From the NCBI GenBank assembly GCA_002371705.1, contig DFGI01000019.1, positions 17,181 to 81,180 of the forward strand: a stretch of 64,000 nt of DNA, written 5' to 3'. The position numbers and the translations under genes were made by a program. The notes below the pieces were generated by a model, which ran no database searches, was not told the origin of the DNA, and was given only the letters and a program-made list of their open reading frames with translations. The stretch comes from Bacteroidales bacterium UBA3754 (lineage in GTDB: Bacteria > Bacteroidota > Bacteroidia > Bacteroidales > UBA1715). Below, in pieces: positions 34,774 to 45,159 of this stretch. The number at the start of each line of letters is the position of its first letter. The stretch's first letter is position 1.

Positions 34774-37700
34774 ATGTATTTTTTGTATTTGCAACTTTTA
34801 TTGAGAAATATTTTTATCAAACGGCTTAAATCACGCGTAAAAAATAGTATTTTTGGAAATCTTATCAATTTTACGTTGGAACAGTCACGTTCTTATACAT
34901 ACAGATTTTTGTTTCTTGCGGTAGCCTCATTCGCCGTGGGCACGCTGATGTTGCTCAATAATTTCGGGTACCACAAGAAAGTGTCCCCTCGTGATGTGGT
35001 TCAATTTCAGGAAGTTATAGTTGAAAAGCAGAAATTTGCGCAGTCGTTGCAGGAGCAGCTTGTGTCGCTTCCCGACAGTGCCGATTTTGGTGTGTTCGAA
35101 GATTTCCGAATGAAACATTCTGCGTGGATTGAAAGCCAGAATCTTTCTTTTTTCATATTTGAAAACAAAAAGATTTTGTATTGGTCCGACAATTCCATTC
35201 CGCCATATTTTCAACTTTTGAGTCAGGAAAGTAAACTCTTTTTTAGTGGGAATGCGTGGTATTTGCTTGAAAATAAGCAAAAAGGGAATCGGACATTTTT
35301 TGTTTTGATGCTTATAAAAAAGCAGTTTCCATTTGAAAATTCGAATATACGAAACGAATTTCAGCGGGATTTCACCATCAACAATTCTGTGGAAATTTAC
35401 AGCGACGACTGCGACAATTCCTTTCAGATTTACGATGCAGAGGGAAAATTTCTGTTGTCGCTTTCCGATACGATAACGTCGCAAAATGACACATGGAGAA
35501 AGGTTTTGCCGTTTATTTTGTACGTGTTGAGTTTTGCCTTCTTTGCCTTATTTTTAGGTTCATATTCGAAAATAAACGTTTATTTGAAATATGCTTTGTT
35601 ATTCGGCGTGTGGGCTCTGCTGATGCATGATGCTACTAATCTGGATGTTGATTGTTCTATTTTGTATGTTGATAGTATAGCTCTTATTGTTTATGCTTAC
35701 ATTGTATTCACATTTGGGAATAGAAGTAGTGTCGATAATGATTTTTCTAAACAGAAAATGAGTGAGATACAATTGTATTTCATATTTGGCGTTCTTTCAT
35801 TTGTTTTTTGCGGCACGGCTACGGGATTTATCAAGTCATTGGCTCTTAATTCTAATATTGAATTAGAGCTATTTAATCTATTGAGTACAAATGTATTGAG
35901 CTTTGTTGCTTATTTTGAAATAGGGGCATTCTTGTTTCTCTATTTTGCATTTTGTTTCCGTTTTTCAAGAAAATTTGAATTTAGCAAAAAATATTCTTTG
36001 CCTCTGTTGATTGGCATTTGTTTGTTGACACCAACAGTGACATATTTTCTGATAAACTCGCCTTCGGAATTCTTCCCGTATTTGTTTGTCTTTTATTGTG
36101 TTACGGTGATTTCGATTGTGCTGTTTTCATATTTTCGTCGTCACGAAAGTCCTACTTTTGCATTGAAATTGGTGTTCCTTGTGGCAACGGTTATCTATAC
36201 TGAAACAGCCATCAGCATTTATCTTGGCAAGCACAAGGCTGAAAATCGGTATGAACTTGCGAAAGAATGGGCAAACGAGCAAGACCCTGTGGCAGAGCAA
36301 TTTTTAGCGTCGGTTTATAAATCGACTCGTTCTGACATTGCTTTGCAAGAAATGATGAAAGGTGTTGATAATCAGGATATTGATATAAAAAATTATTTGC
36401 AGAAAATGTATTTTAACGGCTGGCTCGGGCAATACGACCTGGAATGTACTGTTTGTGGAACCGACAGTGCGTTCGCCGAGTCGAACCGTCTGCCCAACTG
36501 CGAGGCCTATTTCCAGCAAATGGTTTCATCCAGCGGCAAGCATATTTCCGATACTAACTACTATTATATTAATAATCAGGACGGCAATATCACCTATTTC
36601 GATGCCATTGAATTCAAACGGACAAATTCCTCTGTTACAAAGCTATACATTGAACTTCATTCAAAGAACAATGCACAGATTTTTGGTTACCCGACAATTT
36701 TGCTCGATAATGTCGAAAACAATGAGTTCCCAGAAAATTACTCGATGGCAAAATATAAGAATGGCATTCTTATTTCGAAACGGGGGAAATGTCCTTATTC
36801 TCAAAAACTTGCGTTATGCAGCGACCAAGAACAGGCGACGTTTATTGACGAGCAACATCATACTGCGCATTTGGCATATAAAATCAACGACCAATATACT
36901 GTGGTTGTGAGTAATAGAACGTATCAGTTAAAGAATTACGTGATGTGGTTCCCTTACATTTTCTTATTATTTTTCTTGTTGATGCTGATTTTCATAAAAT
37001 GTTTCGATCGCTCTCCAATTCAAATCACACATTCGCTTTCGGCGCAGATTAAGCGTTCGCAGGTTGGTTTGTTGATAGGCTCGTTCATTCTTGTGGCTGT
37101 GAGCGGGACGCTCTTTATAAAATCGTACAATTCCCGCCAGCAAAGGCAGTTCCTTGAAGAAAAAATTGCCTCGGTGGCAAAAGAGATTTCGCAGCAGTAT
37201 AAAGATTTTGCCATCATTCCTGCCGACGACAAGAATTTTATACAGAATAAACTCACAGAGCTGGCGAATATTTATTCTTCGGATGTGAATTTATACGACA
37301 CCAACGGCGATTTGATTGCATCGTCGCGACCAGAAATTTTCCAATTCCGCTTGGTGAACGAGAAAATGGCAACACGCGCGTTTTATCAACTCATCAAACA
37401 AAGCCGTTCAACGTTCTCGCAAGAGGAAACAATTGGTAATCTGCATTTTACGTCGGCGTACATCTCCATAATTAACAGCCAGAATACGGTGTTGGGATAC
37501 CTTAACTTGCCGAATTTCAACAACGAGGAAGACTTCAAACAGCAATTCGCTGGTTTGTTTGTGAGTTTGCTGAATTTGTTTGTCGTGTTCTTGCTGATTG
37601 CCACAATTTTCTCAATGTTCATTGCAAAACGAATTTCGGAACCCCTTGTGGTTCTGCAAAATAAGATGACTAATGTGGCTCTCGGCGGCGAAAACGAAAA

Positions 37701-38475
37701 AATCTCGTTAAACGCTCCTGATGAACTTGAAGGCGTGATTCAAAACTATAACGAGATGATTGACAAGTTGAGCGTGAGTGCGGAAAAACTCGCTAAGGCG
37801 GAACGCGAAATGGCGTGGCGCGAAATGGCACGGCAAATTGCGCACGAAATTAAAAATCCGCTCACACCAATGAAATTAAGTTTGCAGCTACTCAATCGCT
37901 CGTGGGACGAAAAAGACGAGCGATTTGAATCTCGCTTAAAGTCTATCTCCAAGACAATGATAGAACAGATTGATACACTTGCCGAAACGGCGACTTCGTT
38001 CTCCGATTTCGCGAAACTATCTAAAGTGTTGCTTGAGCCAATAAATCTTAATGGATTATTACAGAATTGTATAACGTTGTTTGAACAGGAGGATAATTGC
38101 ACTATAACTTCCGAATTTTTGGAAGAAAATGTGATTGTATGTGCCGACAAGGAAAAAACAATCCGAATGTTCAATAATCTTCTTAAAAATGCCATCCAAG
38201 CAATTCCGTCGGATAGGGAAGGGCATGTTTCCGTCGTGCTGAAAACCGAGCAGGACTTTGCTCTCGTGGCAATACGAGATAATGGGCGAGGAATCGACGA
38301 TGACGTGAAAAAACACATATTTGAGTTGCATTTCACAACAAAATCAACAGGTAGTGGGTTCGGTCTTGCCATCTGCAAAAACATTGTGGAAGGTTGTAAC
38401 GGTGACATTTGGTTTGAAACCGAATTGGGCGTTGGTACAACATTTTTCGTAAAACTACCGTTACAAAAAGCGTAA
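34774..38475 (+). CDS. Giant polytopic sensor histidine kinase (about 12 TM, no receiver domain, no adjacent regulator)
   Basis: About 9 hydrophobic helices lie in the first 490 aa, followed by two further TM pairs flanking soluble domains. After that come HAMP-like, H-box (IAHEIKNPLTPM), N-box (NNLLKNAIQA) and G-box (GSGFGLAICKNIVE) elements. The start is uncertain because the ATG at 34774 sits inside the tRNA-Pro promoter region. Confidence 0.8.
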   Translation: MYFLYLQLLLRNIFIKRLKSRVKNSIFGNLINFTLEQSRSYTYRFLFLAVASFAVGTLMLLNNFGYHKKVSPRDVVQFQEVIVEKQKFAQSLQEQLVSLPDSADFGVFEDFRMKHSAWIESQNLSFFIFENKKILYWSDNSIPPYFQLLSQESKLFFSGNAWYLLENKQKGNRTFFVLMLIKKQFPFENSNIRNEFQRDFTINNSVEIYSDDCDNSFQIYDAEGKFLLSLSDTITSQNDTWRKVLPFILYVLSFAFFALFLGSYSKINVYLKYALLFGVWALLMHDATNLDVDCSILYVDSIALIVYAYIVFTFGNRSSVDNDFSKQKMSEIQLYFIFGVLSFVFCGTATGFIKSLALNSNIELELFNLLSTNVLSFVAYFEIGAFLFLYFAFCFRFSRKFEFSKKYSLPLLIGICLLTPTVTYFLINSPSEFFPYLFVFYCVTVISIVLFSYFRRHESPTFALKLVFLVATVIYTETAISIYLGKHKAENRYELAKEWANEQDPVAEQFLASVYKSTRSDIALQEMMKGVDNQDIDIKNYLQKMYFNGWLGQYDLECTVCGTDSAFAESNRLPNCEAYFQQMVSSSGKHISDTNYYYINNQDGNITYFDAIEFKRTNSSVTKLYIELHSKNNAQIFGYPTILLDNVENNEFPENYSMAKYKNGILISKRGKCPYSQKLALCSDQEQATFIDEQHHTAHLAYKINDQYTVVVSNRTYQLKNYVMWFPYIFLLFFLLMLIFIKCFDRSPIQITHSLSAQIKRSQVGLLIGSFILVAVSGTLFIKSYNSRQQRQFLEEKIASVAKEISQQYKDFAIIPADDKNFIQNKLTELANIYSSDVNLYDTNGDLIASSRPEIFQFRLVNEKMATRAFYQLIKQSRSTFSQEETIGNLHFTSAYISIINSQNTVLGYLNLPNFNNEEDFKQQFAGLFVSLLNLFVVFLLIATIFSMFIAKRISEPLVVLQNKMTNVALGGENEKISLNAPDELEGVIQNYNEMIDKLSVSAEKLAKAEREMAWREMARQIAHEIKNPLTPMKLSLQLLNRSWDEKDERFESRLKSISKTMIEQIDTLAETATSFSDFAKLSKVLLEPINLNGLLQNCITLFEQEDNCTITSEFLEENVIVCADKEKTIRMFNNLLKNAIQAIPSDREGHVSVVLKTEQDFALVAIRDNGRGIDDDVKKHIFELHFTTKSTGSGFGLAICKNIVEGCNGDIWFETELGVGTTFFVKLPLQKA

Positions 38476-38516
38476 GTTTCAACGAACTTTTATATCTTTG
38501 GGACAAACAAGAAAGT

Positions 38517-39308
38517 ATGATACCATTGTTCATTTCGTTTAAATTTGTTGACTTCGTGGACATTTTCCTCGTGGCATTTTTAATGTACGAAGTGTATAAA
38601 CTTATTCGCGGAACGGCGGGAATGAACGTGTTCCTTGGTATCATTGCGTTTTATGTTATTTGGCTCATTGTGAGGGCGTTGCATATGGAAATGCTCACGC
38701 GGATTATGGGGCAATTTATCAGTATTGGCGGACTTGCGTTGGTGATTTTGTTCCAATCGGAAATCCGCAGTTTCCTTACAATGATTGGCAACCGGTATTT
38801 ACATTCGCAAAGCCGAAAATATTTGCCGAAAGTGTTTCGTATCAATCATACGGTGATTCCACCTGAATCAATTGAGGAAATTTGCGATGCGGTATTCAGT
38901 ATGGCGCAAACGCAGACGGGTGCGCTTATTGTCATTTCCACTCGCAAAGAGACATTGACTCCATATATCCAAACGGGCGAAATCATAGATGCGCGGATTT
39001 CATCGGCGCTGCTTCAGAATATTTTCTACAAGAATACACCGCTTCACGATGGTGCCGTGCTGATTGTCGGGAAAAAAATCATAGCCGCGAAATGCGTCCT
39101 TCCAATGACTAAACGCACTGAATTGCCTATGGGCTACGGTATGCGGCACCGCTCGGCGTTGGGAATGAGCGAAGACACCGACAGCCTTGTGTTGGTGGTG
39201 TCGGAACAAACAGGTGGCATTTCGTACTGCCAACGCGGAGAAATCACTCCTGTTGAAGACAAGGAAACACTTGTGAGAATCATCAATCAAAACCAAGAAA
39301 CGCTATGA
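38517..39308 (+). CDS. cdaA: Diadenylate cyclase CdaA (c-di-AMP synthase)
   Basis: Three N-terminal TM helices plus a DAC domain carrying DGA (HDGAVLI) and RHR.A (GMRHRSALG) motifs. Confidence 0.9.
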   Translation: MIPLFISFKFVDFVDIFLVAFLMYEVYKLIRGTAGMNVFLGIIAFYVIWLIVRALHMEMLTRIMGQFISIGGLALVILFQSEIRSFLTMIGNRYLHSQSRKYLPKVFRINHTVIPPESIEEICDAVFSMAQTQTGALIVISTRKETLTPYIQTGEIIDARISSALLQNIFYKNTPLHDGAVLIVGKKIIAAKCVLPMTKRTELPMGYGMRHRSALGMSEDTDSLVLVVSEQTGGISYCQRGEITPVEDKETLVRIINQNQETL

Positions 39309-40588
39309 GTCTTCAACAACCATTGGCGGAACGAATGCGTCCAAAGTCGCTCAACGATTATTTGGGACAGAAACATCTGGTTGCGAAAGGTGCCGTGCTT
39401 CGCAATGCGATTGAGTCGGGGCGAATCGCTTCGATGATTCTTTGGGGACCTCCCGGCGTGGGAAAAACTACGCTTGCACAGATTATTTCGCATAGCCTGG
39501 AACGCCCGTTTTTTACGTTGAGCGCCGTGAATTCTGGCGTGAAGGAAGTCCGTGAGGTGTTGGAAAAAGCAAAACATTCACAGTTTTTCGATTCGCCGAA
39601 TCCGATTCTTTTTATTGACGAAATCCATCGTTTCAATAAATCGCAGCAAGATTCGTTGCTCGCAGCTGTGGAAAATGGTACTGTCACGCTTATTGGCGCA
39701 ACCACCGAAAATCCTTCGTTCGAGGTTATTTCACCTCTGCTGTCGCGCTGTCAGGTTTATGTGTTGAAATCTCTCGAACGTGAAGATTTACATTCTTTAA
39801 TAGATAAAGCATTACATGAAGATGTGGTGCTTAAGAATTTGAAAATCAATATTAAAGAAGAAGAAGCGTTGATGCGTTTTTCTGGTGGTGATGCCCGAAA
39901 AATGTTGAATGTGCTTGAAATTGTGGTAAATTCACAAAATACTCAAAAGACGATAACTATTACCAACGATATGGTTACCACCACGTTACAAGAGAATATC
40001 GCTTTGTACGACAAGGGTGGTGAGCAACATTACGACATTATCTCGGCGTTTATAAAATCAATTCGTGGTAGCGACCCGAATGCTGCCGTGTACTGGCTTG
40101 CACGAATGCTTGAAGGTGGTGAGGATATTAAGTTCATAGCCAGGAGATTACTAATTTCCGCTTCGGAGGATATCGGCTTGGCAAATCCCAATGCATTGCT
40201 TCTGGCGCAAAGTTGTTTTAACGCAATCTCGGTAATCGGAATGCCTGAGGCGCGGATAATCCTCTCTGAAACAACGATTTATCTTGCCACATCGCCGAAA
40301 AGCAATTCTGCTTATTTGGCGATAGATGCCGCTTTGGCAAAAGTCAAACATGATGGAATGTTACCTGTCCCGTTGCATCTCCGCAATGCGCCCACAAAAC
40401 TGATGGAGGAATTGAAATACGGCGACGGTTACAAATATTCTCACGATTATCCAGGGCATTTTGTGCAACAAGATTTTCTTCCGAAGGAAATTGCCGGTAC
40501 ATCATTCTGGAAACCCGCCGACAACAAGCGGGAAGACGACACCAAACGGTATATGCAGTCGCTGTGGAAAGATAAGTATGACTTTTAG
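39305..40588 (+). CDS. rarA: Replication-associated recombination protein A (AAA+ ATPase)
   Basis: LAERMRPKSLNDYLGQKHL... Walker A GPPGVGKTT and Walker B FIDEIHRFNK, with a MgsA C-terminal domain. The ATGA overlaps the cdaA stop. Confidence 0.92.
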   Translation: MSLQQPLAERMRPKSLNDYLGQKHLVAKGAVLRNAIESGRIASMILWGPPGVGKTTLAQIISHSLERPFFTLSAVNSGVKEVREVLEKAKHSQFFDSPNPILFIDEIHRFNKSQQDSLLAAVENGTVTLIGATTENPSFEVISPLLSRCQVYVLKSLEREDLHSLIDKALHEDVVLKNLKINIKEEEALMRFSGGDARKMLNVLEIVVNSQNTQKTITITNDMVTTTLQENIALYDKGGEQHYDIISAFIKSIRGSDPNAAVYWLARMLEGGEDIKFIARRLLISASEDIGLANPNALLLAQSCFNAISVIGMPEARIILSETTIYLATSPKSNSAYLAIDAALAKVKHDGMLPVPLHLRNAPTKLMEELKYGDGYKYSHDYPGHFVQQDFLPKEIAGTSFWKPADNKREDDTKRYMQSLWKDKYDF

Positions 40589-40594
40589 AAAAAC

Positions 40595-43500
40595 TTATTT
40601 TTCTTCATTCAAATTAATGATATAATCCGAATAGATTTTTTGGTACTGTGGTTTCAGTTTTACGCTGTTTTCCTGCAACACATCGTCGTATTGTTGTTTT
40701 TCGGTGTCTGTTGGTTTGAACATTTTCTTAGCGCTTTCCGACGGCTTTTCCACCGCAGTTTTCGATTCCCGTTCTTTGTCCATGTCGCGCTCCCGTTCAG
40801 ATTTGTCGGCTTCGAGCAGACGGGTTAGGATTTGTTCTTGCCGCATCATCGTTTGTGGAGTTATGTTTTGGTTGATAATGTCACGCTCGGTTTGGTCCAT
40901 AAGCCTCTGAATATCTTTTAGTTGCTGAACTCCTTCGGGCGATAGTTCGCCTTCTTTCATCATTTGGTTGCCAAGTTGTTTCAACATTTGCTCTTTCATC
41001 AGCATTTCGCTCAGCTGTTTTTGCATTTGTCCCGACGGCATTCCGCCTTCCTTCATCTGTTGCATCATCTGCTGCATTTGTTCTTTCAGCGATTGTTGCA
41101 TTTTTTTCATTTGTTGGAACGATGGTTTCTGTCCCTTGCCGCTGTTTTTCGGGTTTTGACATTGTTGCTGACCTTCCATTTGTTGTGCCGCTTGTTGTTG
41201 CATTTGTTGTAAAACTTCCGAAAACAAAAGAGCGAGATTGTTGGCCGATGTCATCATATATTGCTGGTTAATCCGCGCAAGTCCTCGTTGTTGTTGTTCC
41301 AAATTAGTGATGACAGAGCGTCCGTTTTTGTAGATTTCAAACACTTCGCTGTTGATTGTCTGTGAGATTTGCGGCACACGCAGGCTGAGCGCATATAAAG
41401 AATCTTTTATCACTTTAAAGTTTTCGCGCAACACATTCTGTTGGAATGCTACTTCGGCGTATTTTGGGTCGGCGTGCGATAGTTTGCCCGTTTGCGTCAT
41501 CAGGTTTTCCTGCTGAAACGAGAATGTCATTAAATTTTCGAGGATTTGGCGCATGTTTGCCATATCCTCCATATTTTGCTGAGCCATTTGCTGTTGCATC
41601 ATACTCTGCATATTGTCGGCAAGTTGTTGGGTTTGTTCCGCCGCCTTTTTCATTGATTTAGAAGACTTTGACTGTTGCCCTTGTTGTTGCTCCGACTTGC
41701 TTTGTTCCATTGAATTTTGAATGTCTTGGAATTCTTGGCTAAAATTTTGTAAATCAAATTTTTGCTGTAATTCCTCGTTTTTCATTTGAGCGTCTTGGTA
41801 CTCTTTTTCGATTGATTCAAATTCTTTTGAAAGGTCGTCTAACTTTTTCTGTATATCTTCTTGATTTTTAGAGTTTTTTAGTTCTTCGGAAAGTTTCTGC
41901 TGCTCGTCGGCCAGTTCCTGCAAACGGTCGGTTGTTTTTTGCACCGATTCCTCCACATCCATTCGTTTAAGCAATTCCAAATCGCGGTCGAGTTGTTTGG
42001 AAAGTTCCTCAAACGACATCTTCATTTCCTCCGATTTTTTAATGAACTCATCTTTGTTGTAATTATCAACCATTTGGTTGAATTCCTCCATCATCTTGCG
42101 TAGTTCATCGTCCATCAATGCGTTCAGCAATTCTTCTATTTCTTTTTGCTTGCGCAGAATTTCCTCGTCGCGTTCCGAAAGTTTGTTTTGCAGGTCGTTT
42201 TTCTGCTCCAAAGATTGAGTAAGTTGTTCAACTTGTTGTTTGATTTGTTCTTGTTTCTGCTTCATCTCGTCGAGAACCTGCTTCCGTTCCCAATCTGAAA
42301 GATTTTCGTTGAGCAATTTTTGTTTCAGTTTGTCGAAATCCTTCACCAGTTCTTGCGTAATCGACGATGACTGCATAAACGACGACTCGATTTGTTTGGA
42401 ATATTCCTCTTGCATTTTTTCCAACTCTTCCTGTGTGGGAATCACAAAATCGTAGGTCGCTGTCCGAGCGGATTTTTTACCGTTAACTGCGTCATTATCA
42501 AATACTTCAAAGTAATATTTGATTTCATCACCTTTGGAAAATTGTGAGAAATCAAACATATAAAAATACTGCTGATGCGAATTTGCTGGCGAAAATTCTA
42601 GCGGAATTCTCTGAATGTCAGATTCTTTGTCTTTCAAAAAATATACGAAGTCCAACGATGAAAATCCATAATCATCTTGAATTTCTCCCTTAAAGTAATA
42701 GGTAAAATATTGTAGGCTATCTTGCTTTTGTTCAACTTGTATTGATGGTCGTAAATCGGGAATGACGGTAAATGTGTAGGAAATGATTTTCATTGTATCG
42801 AGAAATTTGTTTTTTCCAACCAATGTGAATGGCGTGGTTTGTGTAATCCGTTGACTCAGAATATATTGATTGTCTTTTTTCTCGAATGGCGTTTGTCCGC
42901 CTGTTTCTGTCACAAAAAATAAAGAGTCAGCGTCGGCGGTTTCCACGTTCCACGAAATACTTGTGCCGGCAGGTACGGTAATGTCGCCCGTGTTGGTTGC
43001 ATTTATATTTTCGAGCGCGGTGTATGGCGGAACTTTCCCAACAATGCTGAAATTCAGTAACTGTGGCAGTGGAAATACTTGTAATTGAAACTGTTGCGAG
43101 GCAATATCATCAGCATTGAATGAAAATGGAATTGAATTGTTACACCCTCGCAAAACATATTCGAACGAGGATGCTGTTTTTTTCGTCATTACGAAGTTAT
43201 TACTGCCTATTGATATGTTCACCCGTTCAGGGACAATTCGTCCTTCCACGTGCATCGAAATCGTGAAATCGTCGCCCTTTATCACCGACAGAGTGTCGTT
43301 GTCCAAAACGAACGAAAAGGGAGCTGGTTTTTCGAAAAACTCATTGTGTTTTACAATTCGTGTGGCTCCATCGGCTATGGCTCGAGGGTAAAATATTGAA
43401 ACTAAAATAATTATTAGTATCAAAGCAACGAAATATTTCCAATAACGAAGCAACTTTTTAAAATCAATGGCTGTTTCGAACGGAATAGGGCGGAGTGCAG

Positions 43501-43915
43501 CGATTTTTTGGTTTATTGCCGCAATTGCAAGAGAATTGTCGGCTAACGATGCATCGTTGGCAAGTTCCAGCGTATTGAGCAATGTGTCTTTTATTTCGGG
43601 GAAAAACTGGGTCACAATCCGTGCCGCTTCAGTGTGGCTAAGTACGTTCCCGATTTTGTGCATTTGAAAAAAGGGAATCGCAATATATTTCACAAACGCT
43701 GCAATCGCCAGTACTATTGATGTGTAGAACACAATGGTGCGGACTGTGGTGGGGAAAAATGCAAAATATTCCGCACAACTGATAAGTAAGAAATAAAAAA
43801 TACCAATTAGTATAAATAAAATGAGTCCTTTGGCAAATTCATTTAAATAATACCTTCGTGTGAATTTATCCAACTCGCTGATAATGATATGGATATTGGA
43901 TTTCTCCATAGACAT
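40595..43915 (-). CDS. Large membrane-anchored protein with a Gln/Met/Glu-rich coiled-coil C-terminal half (DUF4175-like)
   Basis: 1106 aa. Three N-terminal TM helices, a beta-rich middle region, and about 550 aa of coiled coil and low complexity (QQMQQQAAQQMEGQQQ, MQQMMQQMKEGG). The start overlaps the M23 peptidase stop by 1 nt (TAATG). Family name is from memory and is uncertain. Confidence 0.6.
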   Translation of the reverse strand: MSMEKSNIHIIISELDKFTRRYYLNEFAKGLILFILIGIFYFLLISCAEYFAFFPTTVRTIVFYTSIVLAIAAFVKYIAIPFFQMHKIGNVLSHTEAARIVTQFFPEIKDTLLNTLELANDASLADNSLAIAAINQKIAALRPIPFETAIDFKKLLRYWKYFVALILIIILVSIFYPRAIADGATRIVKHNEFFEKPAPFSFVLDNDTLSVIKGDDFTISMHVEGRIVPERVNISIGSNNFVMTKKTASSFEYVLRGCNNSIPFSFNADDIASQQFQLQVFPLPQLLNFSIVGKVPPYTALENINATNTGDITVPAGTSISWNVETADADSLFFVTETGGQTPFEKKDNQYILSQRITQTTPFTLVGKNKFLDTMKIISYTFTVIPDLRPSIQVEQKQDSLQYFTYYFKGEIQDDYGFSSLDFVYFLKDKESDIQRIPLEFSPANSHQQYFYMFDFSQFSKGDEIKYYFEVFDNDAVNGKKSARTATYDFVIPTQEELEKMQEEYSKQIESSFMQSSSITQELVKDFDKLKQKLLNENLSDWERKQVLDEMKQKQEQIKQQVEQLTQSLEQKNDLQNKLSERDEEILRKQKEIEELLNALMDDELRKMMEEFNQMVDNYNKDEFIKKSEEMKMSFEELSKQLDRDLELLKRMDVEESVQKTTDRLQELADEQQKLSEELKNSKNQEDIQKKLDDLSKEFESIEKEYQDAQMKNEELQQKFDLQNFSQEFQDIQNSMEQSKSEQQQGQQSKSSKSMKKAAEQTQQLADNMQSMMQQQMAQQNMEDMANMRQILENLMTFSFQQENLMTQTGKLSHADPKYAEVAFQQNVLRENFKVIKDSLYALSLRVPQISQTINSEVFEIYKNGRSVITNLEQQQRGLARINQQYMMTSANNLALLFSEVLQQMQQQAAQQMEGQQQCQNPKNSGKGQKPSFQQMKKMQQSLKEQMQQMMQQMKEGGMPSGQMQKQLSEMLMKEQMLKQLGNQMMKEGELSPEGVQQLKDIQRLMDQTERDIINQNITPQTMMRQEQILTRLLEADKSERERDMDKERESKTAVEKPSESAKKMFKPTDTEKQQYDDVLQENSVKLKPQYQKIYSDYIINLNEEK

Positions 43916-45159
43916 TATTTAGAAAGCCACTGTTCAGGATCTAACTTTTCGAGTTCGCGCCAAATCTGTAGCTGAAGTACGGTGGAATTGGTTTCTGGGT
44001 CGGTGTAGATTGTTCCGATTTCCTGTTTTGCCTTAACCTGTTGCCCAGCCTTCACGGTAACTGACGTAAGATTGTCGTAAACGGTGTAGTAGTTTCCGTG
44101 TTTTATCAGCACTGCGGTGTTTCTACCAGGGATAAGCACGATTTTTGAAACGGTTCCGTCAAAAATTGCGCGCGCCTTCGAGCCTTTTGATGTGGCTATT
44201 GACACTCCATTGCTTTCAACTTCAACGTATTCCAATGTCGGATGCTTGTGGCGACCAAAATGTTCCGTGATTTTTCCCGTAACTGTCGGCCACGGAAGTC
44301 GTCCTTTGTTTTCAGCAAAATTTTTCGACACAAGTTTTTCCTCTGGAGTGAGAGTGCTTTCCGTTGAGGTTTTGTTTGTCGTTGTTGTTTTATTTTTTGC
44401 GGCGGCGGCTTTCTTTTTCGCTTCAAGTTCCGCTTTAATTAAATCTTCTATTTGCTTGTTAAGTTTGCGTGCAAGTGCTTGTTTTTGAGCAAGTTTCTTT
44501 TGTAATTCGTTTTGCTTTGCACTCAATTTTTTGATGGTAATATCTTCTTGATACTTGTCTTGTTCCAATTTTCGGGCTTCCGATTGCTTTTCGCCAACCA
44601 AATTTTTCTTTTTGGTGAGTAAATTTTCCAACTCGTATTTCCGCACGCCAAGGCTGTCCTGCAACGATTTGATGCGTTCCGATTGCTGAATCATGTAGTC
44701 GGAGTAATATTGCAGATATTTCAGTCGGTTGAAGGCTTGGTTGAAATCGTCCGCCGAGAGCACAAAAATCAACTGCTCATATTGGGAATGAACTTTGTAC
44801 AGTACAAACAGCGTTTGGTTGTAGTCCTTCTGAACCTCTTCCAGTTGGGCGGTCAACGTGTGGATTTGCGCGTTTGTCGAGAAAATGTCCTGTTCGATGA
44901 ATTCAATCTCTTGTTGCAGGGAATTCACGTATTTGTTGCGTTCATCAATTTGTTGGCTCAACAATGTTACACGTTCAATTGAAATTGACTTGCTTTTCTC
45001 GGTCTCTTTCAGCAACTTGCTTGTACGCTCAATTTCCTTTTTGGCTTTTGCGGCTTCTGCTTGCACTTGCTTTACAGTCTTTTTCCCTTTTTGGCAAAAG
45101 CCGTCGAACGAGACGCAAACAATCAATGCTAACAATATGAAACAGACCTTCTTCATCAA
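43915..45159 (-). CDS. M23/LytM-family peptidase with N-terminal coiled coil (EnvC-like murein hydrolase activator)
   Basis: Signal peptide, a long coiled coil, and a C-terminal LytM beta-domain (...GVSIATSKGSKARAIFDGTVSKI...VLIKHGNYYTVYDNL...VKAGQQVKAKQEIGT). Confidence 0.85.
   Translation of the reverse strand: MMKKVCFILLALIVCVSFDGFCQKGKKTVKQVQAEAAKAKKEIERTSKLLKETEKSKSISIERVTLLSQQIDERNKYVNSLQQEIEFIEQDIFSTNAQIHTLTAQLEEVQKDYNQTLFVLYKVHSQYEQLIFVLSADDFNQAFNRLKYLQYYSDYMIQQSERIKSLQDSLGVRKYELENLLTKKKNLVGEKQSEARKLEQDKYQEDITIKKLSAKQNELQKKLAQKQALARKLNKQIEDLIKAELEAKKKAAAAKNKTTTTNKTSTESTLTPEEKLVSKNFAENKGRLPWPTVTGKITEHFGRHKHPTLEYVEVESNGVSIATSKGSKARAIFDGTVSKIVLIPGRNTAVLIKHGNYYTVYDNLTSVTVKAGQQVKAKQEIGTIYTDPETNSTVLQLQIWRELEKLDPEQWLSK

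Noticed and set aside
40900-41750. Apparent DNA-level repetitiveness (runs of ttg/ctg/cat) in the 3' third of gene 40595-43915.
   Set aside because: It reflects Gln/Met/Glu-rich low-complexity coding sequence in one long open frame. It is not a non-coding tandem repeat or an array.
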